Shown: piece after piece, positions 24,198 to 50,807 of the stretch
Layout of the letters: each line of letters opens with the position of its first letter
Position numbering within the stretch: the first letter of the stretch is position 1
Source: Macrostomum lignano
Taxonomy: Eukaryota
Assembly (NCBI GenBank): GCA_002269645.1
Contig: NIVC01003295.1
Coordinates: 42,027 to 106,026, forward strand
Direction: 5' to 3'
DNA length: 64,000 nucleotides
Position numbers and translations under genes: made by a program
The notes under the pieces: model-generated
Databases searched by the model: none
Seen by the model: only the letters and a program-made list of their open reading frames with translations
Told to the model about the DNA's origin: nothing

Positions 24198-24384
24198 AGT
24201 TAGATCATTTCAATAGAGTAGAAGTTTACCCGGTGGCAATGGTGCGATTATAAAAGGATAGAACAAAACACCTACTACATTTATACGACGCTTCTTTTAT
24301 TTTTTGCATGCACACTTCTTTATGTCTGACATGACGCTTCTTTTATGGGTTGCATGAATCTTCTTTTATGTACGACATGACAGC

Positions 24385-27300
24385 TTCTAGCCGAAGTAAC
24401 TTGCCGGCTGTGGATGACACAGCGCCTCCGCGACCATCCGCAACCATCGGGGACGCCACGGCGAGACCCGTGGAGCAAAATCTGAGCGCAGTGCCTCCGA
24501 GAAGAGACCTGCCACTCCAGCTGCCCAGCAGCTGAGCACGACCTCTGGAGCTGCCCGTCGTCGGCTTAACAAGGCGAGGCGGGCCAAAGGAGGGCGGAAG
24601 CCTAACCGGAGCCAGGGGCCAACAGCCCGCAGCAGTGAAAGCTTCCCAATCGGGGGCGGCGGCGGAAGAGGGCCCTGAGCCCACTGAAGTCCCTGCCCAG
24701 GATAGGGAAGCTGATGCAGGCGGGAGGGTGGACAGCCAACCCACCTGATGAAGACTCCACCGAACCCCGGGCCTCCTACGCTGAGTCGGCAGAGGCAACT
24801 GGTGGTTGTCATCCTGGGGAAGGACGTATGCCTGTCTCCCGACCAGCTGAAGCAGGTGAGCCGCACTGTTGATGGCCTCTTGTGGAAGCTCACTCTGAAG
24901 GGCACGCCTCTGAACATTCACTCGAATGCGACGAGGGACTCGTGCCGTCTTATTTGCCCCAGTGATGCTGACTCGGGTCGGCGGCTCCTTGAGCTGCTGC
25001 CCGAGCAAAGCTGGGACCTCAACCTAGCCTTCTGCAGAGAGGACGAGTGCCCCCAGACCAAGAGGCTTCGAATCTGGGTTCCGGCCAAGAGCGTCGTTAC
25101 CTCTTCTGACGAGCTCCGGAAAGGACTGCTAGCAGTCAACCGAGAGCTCTCTACCGTGGGTCTAGTGGTAAATGACACCCTAACCTAAAGCGCACCGACG
25201 GCACCGGCTTCACATCCATCCTGGGGCTGTCGGACGCCTGGATGAGGCGCTATCCGCACGGCAGCTTCATCAACTTGCATGTACGCATCCGCTTTTACGA
25301 GGCCGACGGCGGTAAGCAGGGCGGGCGGGACGTGGAGGCGGCCGGGTCCGAGGCGGGAGCTTCTGCCCAGGCTGCCAAAGCGAGCGCCCCGCCCGGCAGA
25401 ACGGCACTGCTGAGGGCGAAGGCGACCGACTGAAGCTGAAGCGCAACTGAAGCGGTCCGCACCGCCAAAATCAGCAAGCTGAGGCGAGAGGTCGCCGAGA
25501 CGCCCAGGGCAGGGCCGACTTGAGACGGACCCGCCTGCCCAGGTGGCTGGCTGCTCCAAGGCCCCCGTAGCTGATGGGCGAAGGGCGGCGAACGCTGCCT
25601 ATTGCCTTCCTACCGATCGGGGGCCTTTTGCTGAAGAGCCCATGGACACCGGTGACCCCGACCCGAAGCTGGTGAGCGCCGAGGTGCAGTGATGCCAGCG
25701 TCAACCTGGTGTCTGCAGATCAACATCCAGCACTGCGTGACGCGTCAACCTGATGCGTGCGACAGCTCTCGGGCCTAGTCTTCGTGCAGGAGCCCTGGTT
25801 GACTAAAGGTAAGCCAAATAACGTACCATCTGGCTAATCACTGCTTTTGCATGGCGGACTCCCAGCCTCGCCCAAGATCTCTGATCTTTGCTGCAAATGC
25901 TTTTAAGGCATGTATGAGACCTGATCTCTCGACCGGGGACATCTGTGTTGTTCAAATCAATAACCTCCTTCCCAATAAACCTGTGCTGGCAGCATCCGCT
26001 TACTTCCCGGGCGATGCTCAAGTGGTCTGCGACGCGATAGACAACCTCATTGACTACACCGCGTCCCGCCAGTTCGGGCCCGGGTGGTCTTTATCCCCAA
26101 GCCTGGGAAGAGCGACTTCCAATCGGTGAAGGCCTTCAGGCCTATCAGCCTCACTTCCTTCTGCCTTAAGCTACTCGAAAGTTTGGTGCTTTGGCGCCTG
26201 CTCTCGGTCGAGCTGAAGCGCTTCCCACTCTCAGAACCAGCACGCCTTCCGCGCGGGCAGGTCTACTGAGAGTGGACTTGCATGGACCTTCAGTGGACCT
26301 TCATGTCATCGTCGACTTCCTGGAGAGGGCCGTTCTTGGCAACGGCTTTGCCCTCTCGCTTTTCCTGAACATTGAGGGGGCTTTCGCCAACGTCATCTTC
26401 GAGGCCTTTTGCAGAGCCCTGGAATCCAGGGCCACCCACCTTCACCTTGTCCTGTGGATCATGTTCATGATCCAGAACCGCACTGTCGTGGCCCACCTGA
26501 ACGGCAGCTCTCTTACGGCGCCTGTTCAGAAAGGGGGCCCCAGGGCGGAGTTCTCACCCCCCTTCTCTAGAACATGGGCATGGATGAGTTGCTATGCAGT
26601 GATCTCCATGACCCTATTCTCAAGGCGGGCTATGCCGATGATGTGACCGCAATAAGCGCGGACCCCTCAGTCGACACCATCAAGAGATCTCCTGCAGGGC
26701 TTTCTGGGACGAGCGGAGCGTTGGGCAAACCAATGTGGCCTCAGGCTCTCAGAGTAGAAAACCACAGCGGTCATGTCTACCAACAAACTGCTCTGGACCA
26801 TTAAGCCGCTCACCCTCTATGGAAAGGACATTTCTATGGAGAAGCAGGTCGGCTGCCTGGGCCTCACTCTGGACCACAGGCTTAACTGGACTCCGCAACT
26901 TCAAACTAAAGCTAAAAAAGCTCTTACTGTCCTGGCTCAGGTCAGACACGCCGTGGGCACCACCTGGAGGCTCACCCCAGGAAGCTGGGGTGGATTTACA
27001 CTGCCATTCTTACGCCCCTCGATCAGTTACGACAGCCTCGTGCGGGCCAGCCGTCTGAGCGTCATAAGCAGCCTCGACGCTCTCTACAAAATCCAGGCAG
27101 AGCCTGCCGCATGACTATGGGCGCTCCACCCTCTACTCCTTTTGAAGGCATGAATGCCTTCCTCTGTGCCCCTCCGGGTATTTATATCAAAGGAGAGGCG
27201 GCGAAGAGCACCCGGCGTCTTCTAGATGCTGGGGTGGCCTTCAAGAAAGTGCGGGTCTTTAAGAAGCGGTCGCTTATCCCGCACTCCGATCTTTGCCTTA

Positions 27301-28250
27301 AGGCTCTCGAGGAGTGTGGTGGGCTCAACATCCTCACGGACTAGATCCTGAGCCAGAGGTATAAGGTCACTATTCAGCCTCCACACGAGAGACAGCGGGA
27401 GCGATTCTGAAGTCCACTGTTACACTGACGGCTCTATGAGGCATGGTCTTTCTGGCTTCGGAGCTTGCGTCTTCTTCAATGGAGAAGTTGTGTGGAGCTA
27501 CTCCCAGCACACTGGACTCAACTCCAGTGTTTTTCAGAGCGAGGTGCTTGCCATCAGCTCCTGCGCGGCAGAGCTGCGCCGAAGGCAGCTCAGCGGTCGG
27601 AAATTTATTTTTCACTATGACAGCCAAGCAGCCCTTCGGGCCCTCTGCCGCAGCACCACCAGCTCCAGGTCCGTCCTGGACTGCAACACCCAGCTCAACA
27701 GGCTTGCGCTAGGCAACCAGGTGGAGCTCAGATGGATCCCGGGCCACGCCGGTTTCCTCGGCAACGAGCGCGCTGACCTGCTGACTAAGGCTGGCTCCGC
27801 CGGCGCTGCTGGGGCCGGGCCCAGGGGCCCCCATCCCCGCCTCGGTGATCAACTCCCGCGTTAAGCGCTGGACTGACTCCGAGCATCTCCGCAGGTGGCA
27901 CGACACCCGGAATTGTAGGCAATCCCGTGCGGCCGTCCCCTGCCCCTCTCCTCTCCTGCGTAGAGCCCTCCTCAGGCTCAACCGCAGACACCTCAGAGAC
28001 CTCAGTTAGCATGGCCCTCTCCGGGCATGGCTGCTTCTCTCGCCACCGCTTCCTTCAGGGCCAAGTACCCGAGGAGCGGTGCCCCTTCTGCCCCTCAGGC
28101 AGTGAGAACGCCGAGCACTTTATCTGCCACTGCCCGTTTTCACCAGGGCCAGGCTCACTCACCTTGGGCCAAACTCGGATCTCTCCGACATTTGTATAGG
28201 CCCGAGAGCATCCTGCTGCTGGCCCGGTACCTCAGGGACACGTGACGAGC
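24385..28250 (+). mobile_element. Decayed non-LTR retrotransposon (Loa-like, I group) with ORF1, AP endonuclease remnant, RT, RNase H and a C-terminal Cys/His knuckle
   Basis: ORF1-like segment 24748-25188 (RIWVP). Endonuclease remnants QINIQHC and FVQEPW. RT motifs VFIPKPGK..FRPISLTSF, LNIEGAF and YADDV. RNase H motifs YTDGS, VFQSEVLAI, YDSQAAL and WIPGHAGFLGNERAD. CPFC...EHFICHCP. Many frameshifts and a deletion between EN and RT near 26075. Confidence 0.92.
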
Positions 28251-28299
28251 TGAGTTCTTCCCCAACGCCGTTGAGGAGGAAAAAGCGCTGCAGGCGAGA

Positions 28300-28755
28300 C
28301 CTACGGGTCCCCCTGAGCGACATCACTTCGATGGAAGTCTTTGGTCGCCAGGGGCTAGCGGAATGGGCGGTATCCTCCGCCTCCTCGCTGCATCCGCCGG
28401 ACGATGCCCCCTGAAGCCGTCGAGGGCGCCCAGCGCCAGCTGGATCGGCTGTTAGGCGTTGCGGCGAGTGTCGGCCGGTGGTCAACACGCAGAAGACTGT
28501 CGTGTTCTGCGTGGCGGACGACATCGAGGCTGCAATTTTCTGCCGGGACGCTGACAAGCAGGTGACGAGGCTTTCGTGTTGTCAGCAGTTTGTCTACCTC
28601 GGCGTTCTGGTGCCTGACGTTCACGAGGACTAGTGACGTCGCCGCGGACTTGCCAGGGCGGCCTTTCGTTCCGTGAGGGCTGTCCTGCAGTCCGAGGCCC
28701 TGCCTCACCGCCAGAGGGCGGCGTTGTTCCAGACGGTGATCGAGTCCGTCCTGTA
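28300..28755 (+). mobile_element. RTE-like reverse transcriptase C-terminal fragment
   Basis: Translatable pieces AVEGAQRQLDRLLGVAASVG, VVNTQKT, QFVYLG and AALFQTVIESVL resemble the RT-thumb region of RTE-type LINEs. The fragment ends abruptly at a (GATA)n array. Confidence 0.65.
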
Positions 28756-29470
<715 letters not shown>

Positions 29471-31006
29471 AGCTATACAAATCTAAATGTACTTTATATA
29501 AAAGCCATGGACGGACAGCATTTGAGTAAAAGTAATGTCGGATGAAAGGCTTTATGTCTAAATAATTGGACTTTCGCGTGCTCTTCAACCTCGCAATTGC
29601 AAATTTATTCGCCATAAAACAATGCCGACAGGGTGCCGTGTAATTACTTAATTGCAGGAAGGTTCGAGTTAATTTTCTGCGATCTTGGCCAAGGAGGCCC
29701 AGAACGTAGATCTTGAGTGGCGACTTTTTCTCGAACCAAAGTTTACGCATAAGATGGCCTTCTAGTCTTTCTTATCTCTCCAGAGAAGTTTACTCGCTTT
29801 TTTAGAGACTTATTGACTCAGCTCTCTAGAGAATTGCTGACTCATCTCTCTAAGTCTAGAGACTTGTTGACTCAGCTCTCTAGAGACTCGTTGACTCATA
29901 TCTCTAGAGACACTGAGTCGTCTCTCTAGAGACTTGTTGACTCAGCTCTCTAGAGACAGAGTCGTCTCTCTAGAGAAGTTCTTTTATTCTGTCTTATTTT
30001 TTCAGATTGTGGCTGACTCGGCTCTCTATAAAGTTGACTGGTCCAGTTTATAAGTTGAAATTTTCTTGTTTAAAAAACTTAACTTTAGTCGTGAGTGCAG
30101 GGGCTCTTGTTCTACTGCTCAGACTTTTTTAGTCAAACATGAAGAGTTTGTTCAGCTTTAAAATGAGACCAAGTATAACTGGGGGGGGGGGGGGCTTTGG
30201 CCTCCTTGGCATGACCAATTATTTAATCGGCCAGGGCTCCAGCCTAATCACCTGAAGCGTCTGCAAAATTGGAATTAGGTAAGCATTAGAAGTAGATTGG
30301 CATATTAGCGCGACAAAAACAATAGAGAGTTGCATGTTTAGCAAGGCTGTTCCATGTTTTGAATTGCACAAAATGTGCCCTCGATGTTGGCATTTTTAGT
30401 CTCTAGCTTTGGCTATATAGAGTTACCTTGTATTTTAATAATTCTCTCGAGACCAACGACTATTAACTTAATCTGGTTACTTGGATTAGATTCAATCTGA
30501 TATTAATTGTTGTATTAGCAGTGTCCAGTCCAGCTGCTATTCGTAAAACATCCTTGGGCATCTCTTGCATTTCTTGAGATGCGTTCGTGCAGGTTTGTTG
30601 CGCGCAAGCACGAGAGAAAGCGCTCACCTCCTCTTCACCCCGCCTCTTCTCAGCTTTCTACCTTACTCAAACTTAGAAAAATGCAGCAGCAGCCACCGCA
30701 GTGCCAAAGGCTCTCAGACCCCACCCCTCCAACAAGACGTATTGTCTGCTTAACTTGGACAAATAAACACAGAGAAGAGAAGAGAGGCAGGCAAGACGCG
30801 AGAGAGAGAGAGAGAGAGAAAAAAAAATAAAGCAGCACTTTGCTTGCAACGAAACGACTGACTGCGGACTTCCCGTTCTCTTGTAGGAAAGCGCTCAAAG
30901 CACAGGCGTCAGCAGAAGCAGAAGCAGAAGCAGAAGCAGAAACGCAGGGGTCACGCTGGATAAGAACTACCATCACAAGTTGGACTCGGGCAGAGCTGTA
31001 CCCGAC

Positions 31007-43693
<12,687 letters not shown>

Positions 43694-44489
43694 CTTAAGT
43701 TGCAGCTCCAATATGGCAGGTTGGCCTAGCAACCAACTTCTGAGCATATCGCTGGGTCATTCTGTAAACCTTTTGTTCGTATTGTTTAAGCATAACTGTC
43801 ATAATCCTATTGATTTTAAATGGCGCAAGAACTTTTATTCACAAAATTCACTAACTATCGACTTTGCAACTATTAATTATATTATCACTGCTCAGTGTAC
43901 AGAAGTGCAACCAGCTATTAAAAGTATAACTTAATGGAAATCACGTCTAGAAATAAAAATTATTCCTCTTTTTATCCTGAAATGACAGGAAACGCTATTG
44001 ATACTACTTGCAGTAAATCGACTAATCGCACATTTGTAATTTTAATAGTTAGTTTTCACAAAACTGTCATATATTGCTTCATCATCACGGATCAGATTTT
44101 GTATGAGGTTGCTTAACTGACGCAAAGAAACTATGTAAAACTTATTAAATGCTCAAATAAAAATTTCAAAGCAGTTTTCACTCGACATTAAATAAATATA
44201 ATCTTTGATAACGAGGTCGCGATTCAGCTGTTACTATAAGTAGTATCTGACGCATGTCTTATTTTACGTTTTTGCGTTATCGAAAAAATTAAAATTATTA
44301 GATCGAAAATTAACCAAGTGAATTTTAGCTGATTGAATTGCTGAAACAAAATTAAAATACACGTTTTATTTTTTATTTAAAAATAAAACAATGCTTGACA
44401 AGATATGTCAATATGATAATCAAATTATTCAGTCAATATAGTAGATAAACAAAACATATCAAAACATTTTAGCAGCGTGGATGGATAAC

Positions 44490-45100
44490 ATAGATGGGGT
44501 CGAATCGGCATTGCGTTTCTTAGAATGTCATTAGATGGGGTCAAATCGACATTGCGTTTCTTAGAATGACATTAGATGGGGTCAAATCTGCGTTTCCTAG
44601 AATGTCATTAGATGGGGTCAAATCTGCGTTTCCTAGAATGTCATTAGATGGGGTCAAATCTGCGTTTCCTAGAATGTCATTAGATGGGGTCAAATCTGCG
44701 TTTCCTAGAATGTCATTAGATGGGGTCAAATCTGCGTTTCCTAGAATGTCATTAGATGGGTCAAATCTGCGTTTCCTAGAATGTCATTAGATGGGGTCAA
44801 ATCTGCGTTTCCTAGAATGTCATTAGATGGGTCAAATCTGCGTTTCCTAGAATGTCATTAGATGGGTCAAATCTGCGTTTCCTAGAATGTCATTAGATGG
44901 GTCAAATCTGCGTTTCCTAGAATGTCATTAGATGGGGTCAAATCTGCGTTTCCTAGAATGTCATTAGATGGGTCAAATCTGCGTTTCCTAGAATGTCATT
45001 AGATGGGTCAAATCTGCGTTTCCTAGAATGTCATTAGATGGGGTCAAATCTGCGTTTCCTAGAATGTCATTAGATGGGTCAAATCTGCGTTTCCTAGAAT
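44490..45100. repeat. 35-36-bp minisatellite (CATTAGATGGGGTCAAATCTGCGTTTCCTAGAATGT)
   Basis: About 17 units. Confidence 0.95.
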
Positions 45101-45876
45101 GCTGGGCAAGAATTATCATAACGTTCTAAACTGTAAAAGGCAAACGGCCAATGAAAAATAAAGTTGTTAAAACATCAAATCTCTATTACCAGCAGTAGTT
45201 AGCATTTGAGGAGTTAATTACATGAGCTGAAGTAACTAAAATATACAAATCGAGAATTATAAAACCTTCACCACACCACGCCTCAATAATTCGAGGGCAT
45301 CCAATGGAGAAAAATACACTCAGGGATTGAATGAATATGGCAATGACAAAGCAAGTATCACTAGGAAGGACGCTTTGTACTTCTTTAATTTGTTTGAAAC
45401 GAAGATCTGAAGATCTGAATATATAGTAGTAATTTTATATTAGTTTTTGAGCCTTGAAGAACTTTTTCTTTTCAAAGAAACAAACCGTCTCTTTCCTTCT
45501 ACTTGGTCCTTGTGGAGAAACATGAAATACATGTACGAGCGTATGATATGGAGCTTCAAAGATGAGATTAAATCAAATCATCATCCGGTTGAATAAAAAA
45601 TATTTACATTAAAAAATGTAAAGCCAGGTACTATAATATAATTTTGGTGAGAGCATGAGTTAAATAAGAAATCTTACCATAAAATATGTACTCCATGCTG
45701 CTTTATGGAACTAAAATAATTTCCCGATAAAGAATGTTAAACCATTTATTGCCCAATGTTTAATCAACAAACTTAACATACAGAAAAGGCTGCAACAGAC
45801 TACTCAACTCCTTAGTGTCAGTAGAAAGTATAGCTTTTATATAAATAAATATTCTAGTTTACCAGTTGGGCGCTTT

Positions 45877-48373
45877 TCAAGCGACAGCATCGCTAAGAAG
45901 CGGGTCCTGAAGAAGAGTGACATCGAAGAGATGCTCGAATTCATCCAGGTAGCTTGGGTCACCTGGGCTGAGCAATGTAGCAGTAGGCTGGGACAGCATC
46001 AACGGTGGCGGAGACCAATCCTCGGCTATTGTGACACTTCGTTCGCTGAAGCTCGAAGACTCCCACTCGTCTCCGGGTGCGGGGCTTTCGTCGTCGTAAA
46101 ACTGTTCTGTTGTGAGGTGCTCTGAGGTCACGGAGGCTTCTTCTGCAGTCAAAGAAGCAGCGGAATCCAGATCTAGGCTAGGACTGTTCTGAGCTGTCGA
46201 AACGAATTCATAGACTCGAAATGCTCCATTCCGACTCTGACTGAGGTCCCGGCGGTACCGGATGTGCTCTTTGCATCCGTGCAGGGCGCACCGGAAGTTC
46301 TGCTTCAGATGCTTTGGGCTGGCGGCCTGCTGACTGCGACCTGTGGCATGGCGTCGGGGTGCAGATCGGGGCTGGGTTAGATAGGGGCTGGGTTCGATAG
46401 GGGCTGGGTTCGATAGGGGCTGGGTTAGATAAGGGCTGGGTTAGATAAGGGATGGGTTAGATAAGGGCTGGGTTTGATAAGGGCTGGGTTAGATAAGGGC
46501 TGGGTTAGATAAGGGCTGGGTTCGATAGGGGCTGGGTTAGATAAGAGATTCAATGACTACTTAATTAGATATATACTCGTACGTTACTTTAGTTGTCCTT
46601 GAAGAGATGTGTTAGATCGAGGCTGGGTTAGATCGGGGCTGACTGCTTTAATATCAGATACTATAGAGCTAAGTGGCTGGCTCAAATAGGGACAGAATGA
46701 CTAAGTGAATTCTCGGTGTCTGAAAGTTAGTGAAATTCTGAATCCTTTGACAAGTTGCTAAACAGTTGACTGGTGCGCCTTTCATCTACTAAATTTCATT
46801 TGCAGTAAAGTTTTATGGACCGATGCAATAGGGATACGAGTATTTAATCATTAACTCATTTACGCTCGTAGCTCGTAACAGAATGGTAGCAATTGATCAT
46901 CTTTTAAGCAGAAAAGTCTGACTTTCTTTTGTTCCATGTGGGATTATTATAAATGTGCATTGATATTTGTACATTTATACCATTTAGCAAATAGCTACGT
47001 TTTCGCTTCACGTCGAGTTGCACGCATTGTAATTATAGAAAGTTCCGCGATAAAATTATTTATCAACATAATCCACGTTTATCCCTGTCTCACTACAGAG
47101 CTTTATGCACCAAACAAATAAATAATAGGTAAAAATTTGCTCTCTCTGTAGAACATTCTGGCGCCTGCAATCAAAAAACAGCAACCTTGCGCTCTACTCA
47201 AAACCACGGCCTTCACGCCTCATTTATTCAACACAGTTGTATAATTACTCAAGGCATACATGCGCAACAGTCGGCCGAGTCGGCCGATCCGGCCGACCGA
47301 TTTGGCGGCCAACCAAGGAAGTCGCAAAAATGCCAACCCGAAAAAACACAGAGTAGTAGTACTAAGTAGCTGACGAGGCATTTTGGCTTTATAAGACAGT
47401 CATAGTTACTCCTGCCGTTTACCCAAAGTTGCGTTAATTTTGCTTTTGGGTTTTTTTACATGTAAGTCGCATTTTTGGCCAAAAACTACGTCGCATTTTT
47501 GTTAAAACTAAGTCGCATGGCCGACCGAAATTTGGAGGTTGCGCATGTATGACTCAAGGCAGTTATCAAACAAAATTTACTAGAAATTTGCAACTCCCAG
47601 CCACGTACATCTATCTGGCTGTGTACATTCTCCAATGCCGCCCGTTTTTGCGTGGAGGTCACTCGGAATCTATTTTTAGCATCAGGACAAGGAATCCCCG
47701 GCCAGGGGGACAGAAGTCCAGGGCAGTAGTTGTACACTCAATTTCCAGTAAATTCTAGCGGGTTTGTAGCGACTGTCTGTGTCTGCCAATGCGAAAAAGC
47801 AGTACTAATACTAACTTTCATTATTTCTTCTGGCTCAAAATCTGAACTTCCAATACCACCAGTCCGACACATTCATGAATATTTGAAGTGGAAACTTATC
47901 AAACTTTGTAAGACAATCCACTAGACCACTAACAATTGTAATTGATATATTCGGCTTCAAGTTCTAACGATTGAAATATACCGCATAAGGCACCAAATAT
48001 GCACTGCACCTAAACCTTATTAATTAAAATCAACATTATTAAATTTAAAAAAGCTCTTAATTATTTTACTGTTCTAACAGAAGGGTTTCCAATAAAAACA
48101 AAGTTTTTAGGTAGCTTTTTAACGCATGTCTGTATGTGCTGTATAGTAGAATGTTATTACAATGCAAGACTTACCACGAAATTTATGCCAGGCTAAGTAC
48201 ACGCTAGTAGTCTTCAAATAGTTGGTATTACCCTTGGTAACTGTTGAGGACCCGTGTGTCCAAGCGATTCTAAATAGCAGTTGTCGTTTATCAAGCCAGT
48301 GCAAATCTTTAAACGAGCTCAGCTCCAATTGCTCAAACAGCCACTTGTCAATTCTTCGTTGGTGGCGACGCAT
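45877..48373 (-). CDS. IRF: Interferon regulatory factor (IRF) family transcription factor, ~220 aa; exons 48373-48175 and 46340-45877
   Basis: Exon 1 reads MRRHQRRIDKWLFEQLELSSFKDLHWLDKRQLLFRIAWTHGS...YLAWHKFRG. Exon 2 reads RSQQAASPKHLKQNFRCALHGCKEHIRYRRDLSQSRNGAFRVYEFV. This matches the IRF tryptophan-repeat DNA-binding domain (WL..Q, W.D, F.I.W.H, K.NFRCA, RVY). A phase-1 GTAAGT...CAG intron joins the exons in frame; the C-terminus is acidic and Ser/Pro-rich. An additional upstream exon cannot be excluded. Confidence 0.9.
46368..46545. repeat. 16-bp repeat (GGGCTGGGTTAGATAA) in the IRF intron
   Basis: About 11 units. Confidence 0.9.
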
Positions 48374-49034
48374 TACTTCTTCGACCGGGGGTATTAAATA
48401 ATTATTTGCTTTAAATTTTTCCGAGAACACTACTTACTAGGAACTTATTAGACTGGAGAATGGAGTCAGTCGCTTTATAAATCTAGGACAAAGTTGTTGT
48501 CTAACAATATTTCATGTCATTGACATTGTAGCGATTCCGCCTGTGCTAAATTGGCCAGAGGAATCGGGGGGGTTTGGGGGTTGGAGGGGGGTTGTCGTCT
48601 CGCTTCGGGGCGGTCTGGCGCGTGCGCATAGCGGGAGAGACGATTTTAAGTGTACAGAGGGCCAGAGGGTTTGAATGAAAGTACATTGAAGCTGAGTAGG
48701 TTTTTTATACAGCTTTTCAATATCTAATGTTCTTTTCCTTTCCTTTTCTAGAAGGCAGAGCATGAGGTCTAGAAAAGACCCAGGTAAAAATTGCAGGGCA
48801 GCAAAATTTAGTTTGTCTGTCTGTCTGTCTGTCTATGGATCTGTCTATTGTCGGTTTGAAAAAATTCCTATTTATTTTACTTTAATTTTCATCCATTTCA
48901 TATTTGAGTAATAGATAAAAATTTCACAGACTACATGTACAATTTCTTATACCGACTCCTAAGCATTTGGTATGTATGCTCTGAATAGGTTTCACGGCCA
49001 CGTGGGTTTCACGTTGACCAGCGACGCCCATCAA

Positions 49035-50030
49035 GGAAGGATCTGAAGGGAAGAGCAGCTATGGCCCATCACTGAGGATCTGAAGGGAAGAGCAGCTATG
49101 GCCCATCACTGAAGGATCTGAAAGGAAGAGCAGCTATGGCCCACCACTGAAGGATCTGAAGGGAAGAGCAGCTATGGCCCACCACTGAAGGATCTGAAGG
49201 GAAGAGCAGCTATGGCCCACCACTGAAGGATCTGAAGGGAAGAGCAGCTATGGCCCACCACTGAAGGATCTGAAGGGAAGAGCAGCTATGGCCCACCACT
49301 GAAGGATCTGAAAGGAAGAGCAGCTATGGCCCACCACTGAAGGATCTGAAGGGAAGAGCAGCTATGGCCCACCACTGAAGGATCTGAAAGGAAGAGCAGC
49401 TATGGCCCACCACTGAAGGATCTGAAGGGAAGAGCAGCTATGGCCCACCACTGAAGGATCTGAAAAAAAGAGCAGCTATGGCCCACCACTGAAGGATCTG
49501 AAGGGAAGAGCAGTTATGGCCCACCACTGAAGGATCTGAAGGGAAGAGCAGCTATGGCTCACCACTGAAGGATCTGAAGGGAAGAGCAGCTTTGGCCCAC
49601 CACTGAGGATCTGAAGGGAAGAGCAGCTATGGATCACCACTGAAGGATCTGAAGGGAAGAGCAGCTATGGCCCACCACTGAAGGATCTGAAGGGAAGAGC
49701 AGCTATGGCTCACCACTGAAGGATCTGAAGGGAAGAGCAGCTTTGGCCCACCACTGAGGATCTGAAGGGAAGAGCAGCTTTGGCTCACCACTGAGGATCT
49801 GAAGGGAAGAGCAGCTATGGCCCACCACTGAGGATCTGAAGGGAAGAGCAGCTATGGCTCACCACTGAGGATCTGAAGGGAAGAGCAGCTATGGCTCACC
49901 ACTGAAGGATCTGAAGGGAAGAGCAGCTATGGCCCACCACTGAAGGATCTGAAGGGAAGAGCAGCTATGGATCACCACTGAAGGATCTGAAGGGAAGAGC
50001 AGCTATGGCCCACCACTGAAGGATCTGAGG
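49035..50030. repeat. 38-bp minisatellite (GGATCTGAAGGGAAGAGCAGCTATGGCCCACCACTGAA)
   Basis: About 26 units. Confidence 0.97.
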
Positions 50031-50807
50031 AAAGAAGTCAACACGAAGAGACGGCATAAAAATATCCTGGGAAATCTTAATAAGAATAAATTAAAGAATT
50101 TCCAAACTTAACTAAGTTTATTTAGCATATAACAGATTTATTGACGAAATGTGAACGGAAAATCAATCAAATTTTAATGACGATCAGTGTAACTTATATA
50201 CACTACGCTTTGTATTGTCCAGCAGATATTACAGCTAAATGCTTCACATTTTATAAGCGATGCAGTTTCTATAGCAACTATGAAACAGTGCTAACCCTAA
50301 AGCTGACCCCAAACAGACCAGAATTGACAACGCCACTCCGGTGAAAACGGTACCTAAGAGATGTCACGGTACAAGTCGCCAGAAAGTAGTCAAAGAGTCG
50401 CCTAAGAGCCAATTTGAGGAGTTTTATTGTCTGCGACCCTGAAACCACTCTGGGAAAGTAAAGTCGTATCTGAGGCGTGCTAGAGCTGCTGTAGAATCAC
50501 TGAGAATAGCGCATCTGCGTCACTTCATCAATCAGAATAGCATTTCGCATTTATAACAACTCTATTTAGTCTACATGTACTTGAGTCAGTAGAAAGACAA
50601 GCACTAACACAAACGAATGTTGGACGACTGTTTCGCGACTCATACGATTCCTAAACTCACGTGATACGCTCGTGACTCAACAGTCGCCTCTCCGTTGCAT
50701 TGAGAAACGTTTGAGTCATAAAAAACTGCGATCGTACTACTGCTGCAATTAAAATACACAACGAATATCTAGTTTTCTAATACTAAACCACATGACAAAG
50801 TAACTTT

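Noticed and set aside
30181-30195. Poly-G tract as a G-quadruplex regulatory element
   Set aside because: A single homopolymer run whose length is unreliable in assemblies; no supporting context.
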